A DNA stretch of 44,213 nucleotides, taken from the NCBI GenBank assembly GCA_039714855.1, contig JBDLIL010000003.1:1-44213 (forward strand), written 5' to 3'. Each line of letters opens with the position of its first letter. The first letter of the stretch is position 1. Position numbers and translations under genes: made by a program. Of this stretch, positions 17,141 through 26,523 are shown one piece after another. Below the pieces are notes generated by a model. It was given only the letters and a program-made list of their open reading frames with translations, was not told where the DNA came from and did not search any database. This DNA comes from Patescibacteria group bacterium (GTDB taxonomy: Bacteria > Patescibacteriota > Microgenomatia > UBA1400 > PJMF01).

Positions 17141-19444
17141 TTATATTTGGAGGGTCGAGATTTTGTCGCGAATTATGACTGCTAGCTCAAAATCCATCTC
17201 ATTAGCTGCGGCTTTCATACGGCGATTTAATTTTTCTATCATTTTTTTACGCTCATCGGGGGTCATGGCTTCAGGGTTGAGTTGGTTTAGATCTACACGT
17301 TGGGCTTTGCTGAGTTGCACGTAGAGTGCCGCAGCCTCGCCAGAGACGCGATGAATCGCGTCTGTACCTGGCTCGTCTTTTTTTTCCAGCATGCGTTCGC
17401 GAATGGGCTTATCAATAGAGATAGGCGTAATTTTATGTTTTTTATTAAATTCCAGCTGGATATTTCTTCTTCTGTCTGTTTCGGTTATTGCCGCCTTCAT
17501 AGACTTGGTGAACTTATCAGCATATAAAATTACTTGTCCGTCTTGGTGCCTGGCAGCGCGCCCCATGGTTTGAATAAGCGCGGTGCTACTGCGTAAAAAG
17601 CCTTCTTTGTCGGCATCTAAAATAGCAACTAGTGTGACTTCGGGTAAATCTAGACCTTCTCGTAGCAGATTAATTCCTACTAATACGTCATATTTGCCTT
17701 TGCGCAAATCTGCCAAGATGTCAGAGCGCTCTAGGGTTTCTATGTCGGAGTGTAGGTAGGCGACTTTGGGTAATGCCTCACCTCTCGCGTCCTCGCTCCG
17801 CTTTCGCGTCGACTCAGACTCGAGTCCCTCTCCACTGAATGGAGAGGGTTGGGCAGTAGTATAAAATTCTTGGGGTATTGGTCCAATTTCGAGTTCTACA
17901 GGATTTAGTTGTTCGTTGGTGCGGATAAGCTTGTTTTCACCATTGGCTTCGGCTTCTCTCTGACGTTGCAGTGCAGCGTCACTACTATTTGCAATTAAAT
18001 TTGTCATCTTTTTTTCATCGTTTAAATATTCTGTCAGGGCCTCGGCCATTTTTTTGGTCAGAGTTGTCACTAGCACTCGCTGACTTTTGGCCTTGCGTTT
18101 CATAATTCCTATTATTAAATCTTCTATTTGGCCTTTGCTGCGTCTTAATTCAATTTCTGGGTCTATTAATCCAGTAGGTCGCACTAGCTGTTCTACCACT
18201 CCACCAGAAAGCGAAGTTTCAAACTCATTTGGTGTGGCGGACACATAAATATTTTGTGGGGTACGCTCTGCAAACTCTTCATATTGCAGTGGCCGATTAT
18301 CTTTAGCGCTGGGCAATCTAAAACCATAATCTATGAGGGTCTCTTTACGGGCCTTGTCGCCCTTATACATGGCTCTTATTTGTGGCAGCGTCATGTGGCT
18401 TTCGTCTATTACGGTTAGGAATTTATTGTCGCCGTATTTGCGGGCATTTTCGGCAAAGTGGTCTAGCAAGCTAAAGGGTGCTTGGCCTACTTTCCTGCCA
18501 TCAAAGTATCTTGAATAATTTTCGATGCCATTTACAAAGCCAAACTCAGTGATCATCTCTAAATCATAATTAACTTTTTGTTCTAAGCGATATGCTTCTA
18601 GCGGCTTATTATCTTTTTTTAATTCCTCTACTCTCTTTTTCAAATCTACTCTAATTTGCTTAATGGCATTTACTTGGGTATTAGGATTTACTAAGTAATG
18701 CTTTGCAGGATAAATCATGTAGCGTTTTACATAGGTTGCTTCATCCACAATCACAGACCCCGTAATTGGATCTATCCAAGTGATATTAGTAATTTTGTTT
18801 TCCAGCGTGTCTATAGAAAGAGCTCTATCTTCATATGCTGGCCATATTTGCAGTACATCGCCGCGTAATCTATAACTACCTCTTCTTAGTTCGGCATCAG
18901 ATCTGTCATATTGCAGTTGACTGAGTGCTTCTAATAAAGTTTGTCTTTCTATTAGTTGCCCTTCTATGAGTTCTACAAAATAATTTCCATACTCTACTGG
19001 TGAGCCTAAGTTATAAATGCAAGAAACAGATGCAACTACTATGCAATCGGGTCTTGTCATCAGGTTTGTTGTCGTTGCCAACCTTAGTTTGTCAATTTCA
19101 TCATTAATAGTTGCTTCTTTTTCAATATAAGTGTCAGAGCTGGGGATATATGCTTCTGGTTGGTAATAATCATAATAAGAGACAAAGTAGCTGACAGCGT
19201 TGTTAGGAAAAAATTCTTTAAACTCTTGGTAGAGCTGTGCGGCTAAAGTTTTATTATGAGCGATTACTAGTGTCGGCTTCTGCACTTTCTCTATCACATT
19301 CGCCACCGTAAAAGTTTTCCCACTGCCAGTTACACCCAGCAAGGTTTGATGTCCTCTATCTTTCTCCACTCCATCAGCTAAGGCTGCTATTGCCTCGGGC
19401 TGATCTCCGGTTGGTTTAAAAGGCGATTTCAAAGTAAATTTCAT
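17141..19444 (-). CDS. uvrB: Excinuclease ABC subunit B, with an insertion of about 80 aa
   Basis: PTGDQP.AI, GVTGSGKT, YYDYYQPEAY, IDESH, VGINLLREGLDLPEV and a C-terminal UVR domain. Confidence 0.98.
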   Translation of the reverse strand: MKFTLKSPFKPTGDQPEAIAALADGVEKDRGHQTLLGVTGSGKTFTVANVIEKVQKPTLVIAHNKTLAAQLYQEFKEFFPNNAVSYFVSYYDYYQPEAYIPSSDTYIEKEATINDEIDKLRLATTTNLMTRPDCIVVASVSCIYNLGSPVEYGNYFVELIEGQLIERQTLLEALSQLQYDRSDAELRRGSYRLRGDVLQIWPAYEDRALSIDTLENKITNITWIDPITGSVIVDEATYVKRYMIYPAKHYLVNPNTQVNAIKQIRVDLKKRVEELKKDNKPLEAYRLEQKVNYDLEMITEFGFVNGIENYSRYFDGRKVGQAPFSLLDHFAENARKYGDNKFLTVIDESHMTLPQIRAMYKGDKARKETLIDYGFRLPSAKDNRPLQYEEFAERTPQNIYVSATPNEFETSLSGGVVEQLVRPTGLIDPEIELRRSKGQIEDLIIGIMKRKAKSQRVLVTTLTKKMAEALTEYLNDEKKMTNLIANSSDAALQRQREAEANGENKLIRTNEQLNPVELEIGPIPQEFYTTAQPSPFSGEGLESESTRKRSEDARGEALPKVAYLHSDIETLERSDILADLRKGKYDVLVGINLLREGLDLPEVTLVAILDADKEGFLRSSTALIQTMGRAARHQDGQVILYADKFTKSMKAAITETDRRRNIQLEFNKKHKITPISIDKPIRERMLEKKDEPGTDAIHRVSGEAAALYVQLSKAQRVDLNQLNPEAMTPDERKKMIEKLNRRMKAAANEMDFELAVIIRDKISTLQI
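17340..17367 (-). repeat. REP-like palindrome in-frame in uvrB (encodes GTDAIHRVSG)
   Basis: Hairpin AGACGCGAT-GA-ATCGCGTCT. Confidence 0.75.
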
Positions 19445-19487
19445 GAAGGGTTATTATAGCGTGATTGGTATAATATGGCGATAAATT

Positions 19488-20138
19488 ATGAACAAAGCTT
19501 TTATTTTTGATTTTGACGGCGTGATCATCAACAATGAGCCAGCTTGGGAGCAGGCCAAAGAAGAACTTTATCAACGACTTTTTGGCAAAGAAGTTTATTT
19601 ATGTTTAGGCTCAACCCTTGGTATCAATATGGATGACATCTATAAAAGAGCTCAGAAATGTGGAACAAGAGTAAGCAAAAAAACTTTTCTTAAAGAATTT
19701 CAGAGTTACGCTCCGAAAATTTATCAAAGTGCTCCACTTGCTGAAGGAGTTGATGCTATTGGTCAAACACTAACTGATCTTGGATACAAAATTGCTATCG
19801 TTTCAGCTTCGCCGATGGAGTGGATTAGCATTGCGCTTAAGCGCACTAAACTAAAAAAATATCTCACTTATGCTTTATCACTATATGACAGAATTGATCT
19901 TCCGCACAAGCCAGCACCAGATGGATATTTAGAAGCAATTAAAATACTCAAGGCTTCTCCTAAAGCTACTTGTGTTTTAGAAGATTCCAATCCTGGGATT
20001 GAATCTGCCAAAGCAGCTGGAGTGTTTGCTATTGGTTTTCAGCAAAATTCAATTGGTCATGAATTAAAGAACGCTGATGCTTATGCAAAAAATTTGGATG
20101 AAGTGGTTCAGATATTAAAGAAAGATATTTCTAAATAA
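19488..20138 (+). CDS. HAD-family phosphatase (beta-PGM/CbbY-like)
   Basis: IFDFDGV, IVSAS, KPAPD.Y and LEDSNPGIESAKAAG. Confidence 0.9.
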   Translation: MNKAFIFDFDGVIINNEPAWEQAKEELYQRLFGKEVYLCLGSTLGINMDDIYKRAQKCGTRVSKKTFLKEFQSYAPKIYQSAPLAEGVDAIGQTLTDLGYKIAIVSASPMEWISIALKRTKLKKYLTYALSLYDRIDLPHKPAPDGYLEAIKILKASPKATCVLEDSNPGIESAKAAGVFAIGFQQNSIGHELKNADAYAKNLDEVVQILKKDISK

Positions 20139-20222
20139 AATTTTCGAACACAATAACTTTTAGTTGTTTGCCACTAATCGCCAGTAGGTTTGAATTCATG
20201 TTTCTCAGAATACAACCTCACC

Positions 20223-20313
20223 TATCTAGAAATTCTTCTCCGCCAGCTGGCGGATCAAAAATTATCTAGATGTCTCCTCCAAAGGCGGACAGGCTCTCCA
20301 AGTGTGGAGAGGA
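20223..20313. repeat. Nested palindromic elements, including composite copy 2
   Basis: Perfect palindrome TCCGCCAGCTGGCGGA at 20239-20254 flanked by TATCTAGA direct repeats, followed by the copy of 17067-17095. Confidence 0.8.
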
Positions 20314-20349
20314 TCAGCCTTTATTATAACCTTTTGGTACAATGCCTCT

Positions 20350-21282
20350 ATGAAGAAAATTCTGCCTGTTTTGGCGATCGCAATTGTTCTACTAGGAATT
20401 GGCGTTTTTTTTGTATACCAGAGGAATCAACAAATGCGACGATCGCTGGTTGATGACGCGACAAAACAGGAGCTTCCAGATATTCCTTTGTCAACATTTT
20501 CTTTAGATGAAGTTGACACATATAATATTCAGTGGTCTCCTGACCACTCTTATGGCATCTTTTTATATACTATTCCTGAGCATTCTGAATCAGGCCTAGT
20601 AATAAGAGAATTTATTTATGCTGTCTATGTAAATCCAAGCTCAGTCAAGGATCCATTTGTGATATTAAAAACTGTGGTCAATAAGTTTGATGGGTTTGGT
20701 TGTGGTTACGCAGGCTGTGATGAAGCTCTTTACAATAACAGCCTTGCTCTTGTGGAGTTTACTCTTGATAATAAGCACTTTTTGCTTCAACGTCCATTTA
20801 CAAATCCCAGTGAAGCTGATATTTACCTGTATTCAAGTGAGGCCAAAGAAATAAAGCTCTCAACATTGGACAAGGTAGCAATGTCCACATCTGCTCACTT
20901 TATTCCCAACACTAATAAGGTTATTTTCCAAGATAAGCAGCTTAAAAACATTTTTGAATATGATATCGAAAATCAAACCGTTAAACTTATTTATGCCATA
21001 CCTCTCAATCTTGATGATAGGCATGAACAATGGGGAGTCAGCTCATCATTTTCACCAAATAGAAAGTATATTGCTTATTGGATTGATCGTGACAAAAAAC
21101 CTGGTACTTATGTGGTCAGCCTCAAAACTAAAAGATTCAAGTTTTTCTCCATGAAAGTATTGCCTTATTGGATTGATGATCAGACTATTAGTGTAAAAAC
21201 AATAAAAAGTCTCGAAAGAGGGAGTATGGAAATGAGACCAATTTCAGAATCTCGTTCTCAGGTTAATATTGGAGATTTATAG
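20350..21282 (+). CDS. Membrane-anchored protein with TolB/WD40-like beta-propeller motifs
   Basis: N-terminal TM, then WSPD, F..DNKH and FSPNRKYIAY. Start moved to ATG 20350, 6 nt after TGgTACAAT. Confidence 0.65.
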   Translation: MKKILPVLAIAIVLLGIGVFFVYQRNQQMRRSLVDDATKQELPDIPLSTFSLDEVDTYNIQWSPDHSYGIFLYTIPEHSESGLVIREFIYAVYVNPSSVKDPFVILKTVVNKFDGFGCGYAGCDEALYNNSLALVEFTLDNKHFLLQRPFTNPSEADIYLYSSEAKEIKLSTLDKVAMSTSAHFIPNTNKVIFQDKQLKNIFEYDIENQTVKLIYAIPLNLDDRHEQWGVSSSFSPNRKYIAYWIDRDKKPGTYVVSLKTKRFKFFSMKVLPYWIDDQTISVKTIKSLERGSMEMRPISESRSQVNIGDL

Positions 21283-21395
21283 ATCCCCTTTTAGCAGGTT
21301 TCTTTTTTTAGTTGGGAGAGAATAAGAGAGCCACTATTTATAACCTTGATGTGGTGTGTGGGGAGGTATAATTAAGATCAGAGTTGTTTTTTTAA

Positions 21396-21647
21396 ATGAT
21401 CAAACAATCTGTGCCTAATATGAAATATTCAAACTCCTCAACATTAATAGAAGAGCCAGCCGATGGAGGTAGATTCGAACTAGTGCCATCAAGAAGGCAT
21501 TGGCAATCTACGGCTTTTGGTAGAAATACTCTCAAGGACATTGTTGATGGTACAGGAAATGGTTCGCCCAGATCTAATAGAAATAATCAGACCGCTATAG
21601 CATTAAAAGATATTGGTAATCATAAACTTTCTAATGATTCTAAATAA
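21396..21647 (+). CDS. Small hypothetical protein
   Basis: 83-aa ORF downstream of a TATAAT. No family recognised. Confidence 0.4.
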   Translation: MIKQSVPNMKYSNSSTLIEEPADGGRFELVPSRRHWQSTAFGRNTLKDIVDGTGNGSPRSNRNNQTAIALKDIGNHKLSNDSK

Positions 21648-21683
21648 GACTATTTGAATATGGTTGAATTAATTTTTTATATT

Positions 21684-22397
21684 ATGGAAATACTAAATAA
21701 TCCCTGGATAACAGGAATAGTAGGTGGTGTCATCAGCGGTTTTATAGTCTACTTTGTTACAAGTAAGCTATTATCTAAAAAACAAAATAAGGAGTATTCA
21801 CAAAAAGTGACTACTGCGAATAACGAAATACTTTATGTGATGCGTCCCTTGATTGTACAAAAGCAGATTCCTTCAAAACTAATTATAGAATCAACGATTG
21901 AATCAATTGCGAGAAAATACGAAGTTAATAAGAGTGATCTTTTTGACATACCATTACTCGCCGATGACCTTATAAGAGAAGTTATGGAGAATGCGTTTTT
22001 AGATTCAAAACAAAAAATGGAATTTTGTACTAAGATAAACGAACTAAAAGTTGAAAAAATAACATCGAAGGAAATAGTAAGGGTCTATGAAAAAATAGTA
22101 TATCGAAAAGATCGCATATCTTCTCAATATGTAAGTATTCTTCTCGCTGCTACCGCATCTACGATGGTTCTTTTTATCAGTTTTTTTTCAACAATAAAAG
22201 GGGGTATGAATTTTAATGGATTTAATAACTTTTTAGAAGCTAGTACCATTACACTTATTAGTGTGATAGTTCCAATGGTGGCAATGACGATGACAATGTT
22301 TCTTAAAAAAATAAGACAGTATGAGAGTGACAAAAAGAATGAGCACGAGGAAGAAAAGAAAAAAAAGAAAACCCCCAGCCAAAATAATGTAGAATGA
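21684..22397 (+). CDS. Hypothetical membrane protein (3 TM)
   Basis: NNPWITGIVGG N-terminal TM, two C-terminal TMs and a charged tail. Confidence 0.75.
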   Translation: MEILNNPWITGIVGGVISGFIVYFVTSKLLSKKQNKEYSQKVTTANNEILYVMRPLIVQKQIPSKLIIESTIESIARKYEVNKSDLFDIPLLADDLIREVMENAFLDSKQKMEFCTKINELKVEKITSKEIVRVYEKIVYRKDRISSQYVSILLAATASTMVLFISFFSTIKGGMNFNGFNNFLEASTITLISVIVPMVAMTMTMFLKKIRQYESDKKNEHEEEKKKKKTPSQNNVE

Positions 22398-22403
22398 GAA
22401 TAA

Positions 22404-22895
22404 ATGAAAGCTATCATCATCGCCCCTTCTCTCTCTGGAAAAACAAGCATAATAAAATATCTTCAAGAAAATTATGATTTTAATGTAAGTGAAATGGATG
22501 AGGAATTAACTAAAATTAATAATGGTAAGTTCCCGGAAGATGCTAAAAGTAAGCATGATGTATTAGCCTTCAAGGTAATTAAGCAAATATTGTTATTAAA
22601 AGACATAATTTTTTTTACTAATACTAATTATTTTTCAGATCAAGATTTAATAAAAGCCAAAGAACTTGGTTTCAAGATAATCCAGCTTGATCTTAGTATT
22701 GAAGAATTAAGAAAAAGAAATAAGAAACGTATGGAAAATGAAGGATATGATGATATGAGTAGGTGGTTAGATGGAATGGTTGAATATCAAGAAAATATTT
22801 TTGAAAAAGGTTTTGTAGACAGGAAAATTAGTGCAGTTCAACCAGCATCTGAAGCTGTAAAAGATTTGTTGGACTATACTAATACAAAAAAATGA
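22404..22895 (+). CDS. P-loop NMP/shikimate-kinase-like protein
   Basis: IIIAPSLSGKTS Walker-A variant and L.KRN..R lid-like motif. Confidence 0.65.
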   Translation: MKAIIIAPSLSGKTSIIKYLQENYDFNVSEMDEELTKINNGKFPEDAKSKHDVLAFKVIKQILLLKDIIFFTNTNYFSDQDLIKAKELGFKIIQLDLSIEELRKRNKKRMENEGYDDMSRWLDGMVEYQENIFEKGFVDRKISAVQPASEAVKDLLDYTNTKK

Positions 22896-22914
22896 AAAAT
22901 AAAATAACCACCCC

Positions 22915-23412
22915 ATGAAACTACTAAAAACAATCAAAGACAAAGATTTGCCCAGGGATGAATCAAGTTTGGAAATTCGGGAATGTTCGAGAGGAGTATT
23001 TGTAAACAAAGATGGCTTAATCCCCCTTTTATTTGCTTCTAATATTGATATCCACGAATTGCCCGGTGGTGGTATAGACCCCGGTGAAGACAGACACAGC
23101 GGCTTGGTCAGAGAAGTGCTAGAAGAAGCTGGCGGTGAAATAGAAGTGACTCATGAACTTGGCAAGATAATTGAATATCGATCCAAGATTAATCGAAAGC
23201 AAATATCATATTGTTATTTTGGCAAGATTAAATCTGTAGCGGAGCCCACATACACAGAGGAAGAATTGCGCGACGGCACTATTCTAGAATGGATGACGAT
23301 AGATGAAGCAATTGCAAAAGTTAAAGGCGACAAGTCAAGTGAATATGAAGGCCCATTTATTCAGGAGCGAGATTTGTTCCTATTAGAATTAGCTAAGTCG
23401 CTATTATACTAA
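22915..23412 (+). CDS. NUDIX hydrolase
   Basis: Nudix box LPGGGIDPGEDRHSGLVREVLEEAG. Confidence 0.92.
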   Translation: MKLLKTIKDKDLPRDESSLEIRECSRGVFVNKDGLIPLLFASNIDIHELPGGGIDPGEDRHSGLVREVLEEAGGEIEVTHELGKIIEYRSKINRKQISYCYFGKIKSVAEPTYTEEELRDGTILEWMTIDEAIAKVKGDKSSEYEGPFIQERDLFLLELAKSLLY

Positions 23413-23417
23413 TTATC

Positions 23418-23658
23418 ATGAATACAACAATTTTTCTCGCCAGACTTTGGGGTAGTTTTTTTATCATCTTTGGTTCGCTTTTTATTATTACACGGCAGCT
23501 GGGTAAGACTATTGAGATGACAAATTAAGGGTATTCATAAAATTGGCTTCCCAGAAAGTATTCATAAACAAGCCCAGCGCTTTAAAACCAAGCAAATGGT
23601 CAGCACTGTTTTTCTGCTAATTTTAGGTGTGTGGTTGTTGTGGAAGAGTTTCGCCTAA
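23418..23658 (+). pseudogene. Frameshifted or internally deleted small membrane-protein gene
   Basis: MNTTIFLARLWGSFFIIFGSLFIITRQLGKTIEMTN* is followed in another frame by KGIHKIGFPESIHKQAQRFKTKQMVSTVFLLILGVWLLWKSFA*. Both halves look like membrane protein. Confidence 0.55.
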
Positions 23659-23681
23659 ATTTCGTATATAATTAAGTAATT

Positions 23682-24521
23682 GTGCCAAAAAAAGATGCTT
23701 CAATCTTACTTTTTCATGAAAAACAGGTTCGTCGTCACTGGAATGAAAAGAAAGAATTATGGTATTTTTCTATTGTCGATATAATTTCTGTTTTAACTAG
23801 TTCAACTATTCCTAAAAGATATTGGAGTGATCTTAAATCAAAACTCAGAGAAGAAGGAAGTGAGGTGTACGATAAAATCGTACAACTGAAACTTAGAGCC
23901 TCAGATGGGAAAAAATACAATACAGACTGTTTTTCTACGGAGGATATGTTGAGAGTCGTCCAGTCAATTCCCTCACCAAAGGCAGAACCTTTTAAGATTT
24001 GGTTAGCAAAAGTTGGTTATGAGCGCATAGAAGAAACAGAGAATCCTGAACTAGCTTTTGATAGAGCCATGAAAACTTATCTTAAAAAAGGCTATTCTAA
24101 AGATTGGGTTAACCAGAGACTTAAGACAATTGAGGTAAGAAAAGATCTTACAGACGAATGGCAAGAGCGAGGAGTAAAAGAGGGTTTGGAATTTGCAATC
24201 CTAACAGATGAGATTACTAAAGCCTGGTCTGGAAAATCTGTAAGGCAATATAAAAAATTCAAAAATCTCAAGAAACAAAGTCTTAGAGATAATATGACCA
24301 ATCTTGAATTAGTGCTAAACATGCTTGCTGAAGTTTCTACTACAGAGATTTCTAAAGAAAAACGACCAAAAACTTTTTCTGAAAGCAAAACTATTGCCAA
24401 ACAGGGTGGAGGAACCGCAAGAAAAGCAAGAAAAGACATTGAGCAAAAGATAGGTCGTAGCGCTATCTCTGCGAAAAATGCTAAAAATTTACCTAGTGAG
24501 AGAATAAAAAAGTTGAGATAA
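23682..24521 (+). CDS. BRO-N domain (phage antirepressor-like) protein
   Basis: WYFSIVDII..LT, QLKL.A.DGK.Y.TD, QSIPSPKAEPFK.WLA.VG.ER and LRDNMT..EL. Confidence 0.88.
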   Translation: MPKKDASILLFHEKQVRRHWNEKKELWYFSIVDIISVLTSSTIPKRYWSDLKSKLREEGSEVYDKIVQLKLRASDGKKYNTDCFSTEDMLRVVQSIPSPKAEPFKIWLAKVGYERIEETENPELAFDRAMKTYLKKGYSKDWVNQRLKTIEVRKDLTDEWQERGVKEGLEFAILTDEITKAWSGKSVRQYKKFKNLKKQSLRDNMTNLELVLNMLAEVSTTEISKEKRPKTFSESKTIAKQGGGTARKARKDIEQKIGRSAISAKNAKNLPSERIKKLR

Positions 24522-24528
24522 TATCTCT

Positions 24529-25278
24529 ATGCTTATCACCCCCATTAAAACCCCTCTCATAAAACCCAATGATGATCTAGTAAAAATTATTACTGATAAT
24601 TTAAAGGAATTGCCAGAGAAAAGTATTTTAGTAATTGCTTCTAAGATATTTAGTACTGTAGAAAATAGATTTGTAGAGAAAAAAACTGGCACCAGAGAAG
24701 AAAAGCATGATTTAGTAAAGCAAGAAGCTGAATACTACACCCAACCCCATTCCTCTAAATACAATCTAATGTTAACAGTGAAACGCAATTGGATATTTAT
24801 AAATGCTGGCATAGATGAGAGTAATGCTGATGGCAAATATTTATTGTGGCCAGAAGATCCCCAAAAATCTTTGAATAATTTATGGCATGAGTTAAGAAAG
24901 TTTTATAAAGTAAAAGAATTGGGTTTATGTATGTCTGATAGCAGCAGCATTCCTCTAAATTGGGGTGTGATTGGCAGAGCTATTGCCTATTGCGGTTTTA
25001 ATCCGCTAAAAAATTACATCGACAGTAAAGATTTATTTGGTAGAAAAATGCTCATGGAACAAAGTAATATTGCTCAAAGCATTACTGCCGCTGCTACTCT
25101 AGAAATGGGAGAAGGAGCTGAGTCTACTCCCCTAGCCTTAGTGGAAGATATTAAAGACATTGAGTTTCAAGATCATGCGCCCACTCAGCGAGAACTAGAT
25201 AAATTAAAAATAAATTTGGAAGACGATGCCTTCGCACCGATACTTACAAATGCTAATTGGCATAAAGGTGGTTCGTAA
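24529..25278 (+). CDS. CofE-family (F420-0:gamma-glutamyl ligase-like / FolC2-like) ligase
   Basis: VIASKI.S..E.R, NAGIDESNA, SDS...PL..G..G.AI..G, DLFGR and MGEG.E.TPLA. Confidence 0.85.
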   Translation: MLITPIKTPLIKPNDDLVKIITDNLKELPEKSILVIASKIFSTVENRFVEKKTGTREEKHDLVKQEAEYYTQPHSSKYNLMLTVKRNWIFINAGIDESNADGKYLLWPEDPQKSLNNLWHELRKFYKVKELGLCMSDSSSIPLNWGVIGRAIAYCGFNPLKNYIDSKDLFGRKMLMEQSNIAQSITAAATLEMGEGAESTPLALVEDIKDIEFQDHAPTQRELDKLKINLEDDAFAPILTNANWHKGGS

Positions 25279-25295
25279 TTTATGATGGGCTTGTT

Positions 25296-25835
25296 ATGAA
25301 TTCTATCTCCACCAAAACCGGTGATAAAGGTCAATCTGGTCTGATTAGTGGTGAGCGAATGAGCAAGGATGCCAGTTTTTTTGATGCTATTGGCACTGTG
25401 GATGAACTCAATTCCTGGTTAGGCTTTGTGGTTTCAAAATTTGATAACAATTTTCCTAAAAATAAAAAGTTTTTATTAAAAGTACAAAACACTTTGTTTT
25501 ACATTGGTGCTGAATTAGCCAAATCACCCAAAGTCAAACTTACTTCTCGACATTTAAAGATTTTAGAACTTCGTGCTTCAGATTTAGAGTTTGAGTTAAA
25601 AGCAAAATGGCATGATAAGTTTTTACTGCCAGGTGGCACAGAGCTAGCTGGAGTTTTGGACATAGCTCGCTCTGTTTGCAGACGCACAGAGCGCGTATTA
25701 GTAGCTCACAGCAAAAATCAAAAAATTAGACCTCTAATATTAAAATACCTGAATAGACTCTCAGATTATTTATATCTCCTGCGCACTTATATTAATGCTA
25801 AGTATGAGTACGGCGAACGGGAGTTTGAGGCTTAA
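25296..25835 (+). CDS. PduO-type ATP:cob(I)alamin adenosyltransferase
   Basis: TKTGDKG.S.L, GTVDELNS.LG, F.LPGG, ARSVCRRTER and YLNRLSDYL. Confidence 0.92.
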   Translation: MNSISTKTGDKGQSGLISGERMSKDASFFDAIGTVDELNSWLGFVVSKFDNNFPKNKKFLLKVQNTLFYIGAELAKSPKVKLTSRHLKILELRASDLEFELKAKWHDKFLLPGGTELAGVLDIARSVCRRTERVLVAHSKNQKIRPLILKYLNRLSDYLYLLRTYINAKYEYGEREFEA

Positions 25836-26452
25836 TATGCGAACTTGCGTATCAGTCCCGCTACTCTACCCTGTATCTGCACATTAGTCGCATAAATAGG
25901 GCTCATTTGAGAGTTGGCTGGCTCTAGGCGAACTCTAGTGACTTCACGATAAAATCTTTTCAAAGTTGCTAAACCATTATCTAACAAAGCTACGACTATC
26001 TCACCATCTTTTACATCTTGAGTCTCCTCTATGACCACATAGTCACCATCGTCAATGTGATCTTCAATCATAGACTTACCTTTTACCTGCAAAACATAAG
26101 CGCGCTTTTTGCCAGTAATTAATTCTGGAGAAACCTTCATAGTGGCATTAGGGTCTGTGTATGGATCTATGGGTTGGCCTGCAGCAATAAAACCCATGAC
26201 TGGCAAATCAATGCTGTCTGTCATTCTTAAAAATGTGCGGTCTACCAGCTCTATTCCCCTTACAGTACCTGCATATTTTTTGATTACCTTCTTGCGTTGC
26301 AAGGCTTGTAAGTGCTCATGTATTGTGGCTAGTGATGATACACCTATGCAGTCAGCAATTTCCTGCAAAGTAGGAGAGTAGCCATTCTTCTGAATGTATT
26401 GGGCGATAAAGTCAACAATTTGTCTTTGGCGTTTATAGAGAGTGACTGGCAT
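25832..26452 (-). CDS. lexA: LexA repressor
   Basis: wHTH GYSPTLQEIA, cleavage site IAAGQP, catalytic Ser (GKSM) and Lys (ATLKR). Confidence 0.97.
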   Translation of the reverse strand: MPVTLYKRQRQIVDFIAQYIQKNGYSPTLQEIADCIGVSSLATIHEHLQALQRKKVIKKYAGTVRGIELVDRTFLRMTDSIDLPVMGFIAAGQPIDPYTDPNATMKVSPELITGKKRAYVLQVKGKSMIEDHIDDGDYVVIEETQDVKDGEIVVALLDNGLATLKRFYREVTRVRLEPANSQMSPIYATNVQIQGRVAGLIRKFAY

Positions 26453-26477
26453 AAAACTCCTTTGTTATTAATTCGGG

Positions 26478-26523
26478 CGAATAATTTACGAATTAAAGTC
26501 ACTATAAGCGAAGTTAAGACGAA
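26478..26523 (-). promoter_or_regulatory. Two candidate direct-repeat LexA boxes (TTCG-N7-TTCG) over the lexA promoter
   Basis: CGAA-N7-CGAA at 26478-26492 and 26509-26523. Minus-strand -10 TATAGT at 26501-26506, -35 TTGCTT at 26525-26530 and SD AGGAG at 26457-26461. Confidence 0.75.

Noticed and set aside
17768-18010. UvrB insertion as an intein
   Set aside because: It has no Cys/Ser start or His-Asn end and is too short.
20190-20453. 87-aa ORF, and the N-terminal extension of ORF 20302
   Set aside because: Both are translations of nested palindromes. The real start is likely 20350.
23682-24521. BRO-N gene as a prophage marker
   Set aside because: It is isolated, with no integrase, att site or phage genes.
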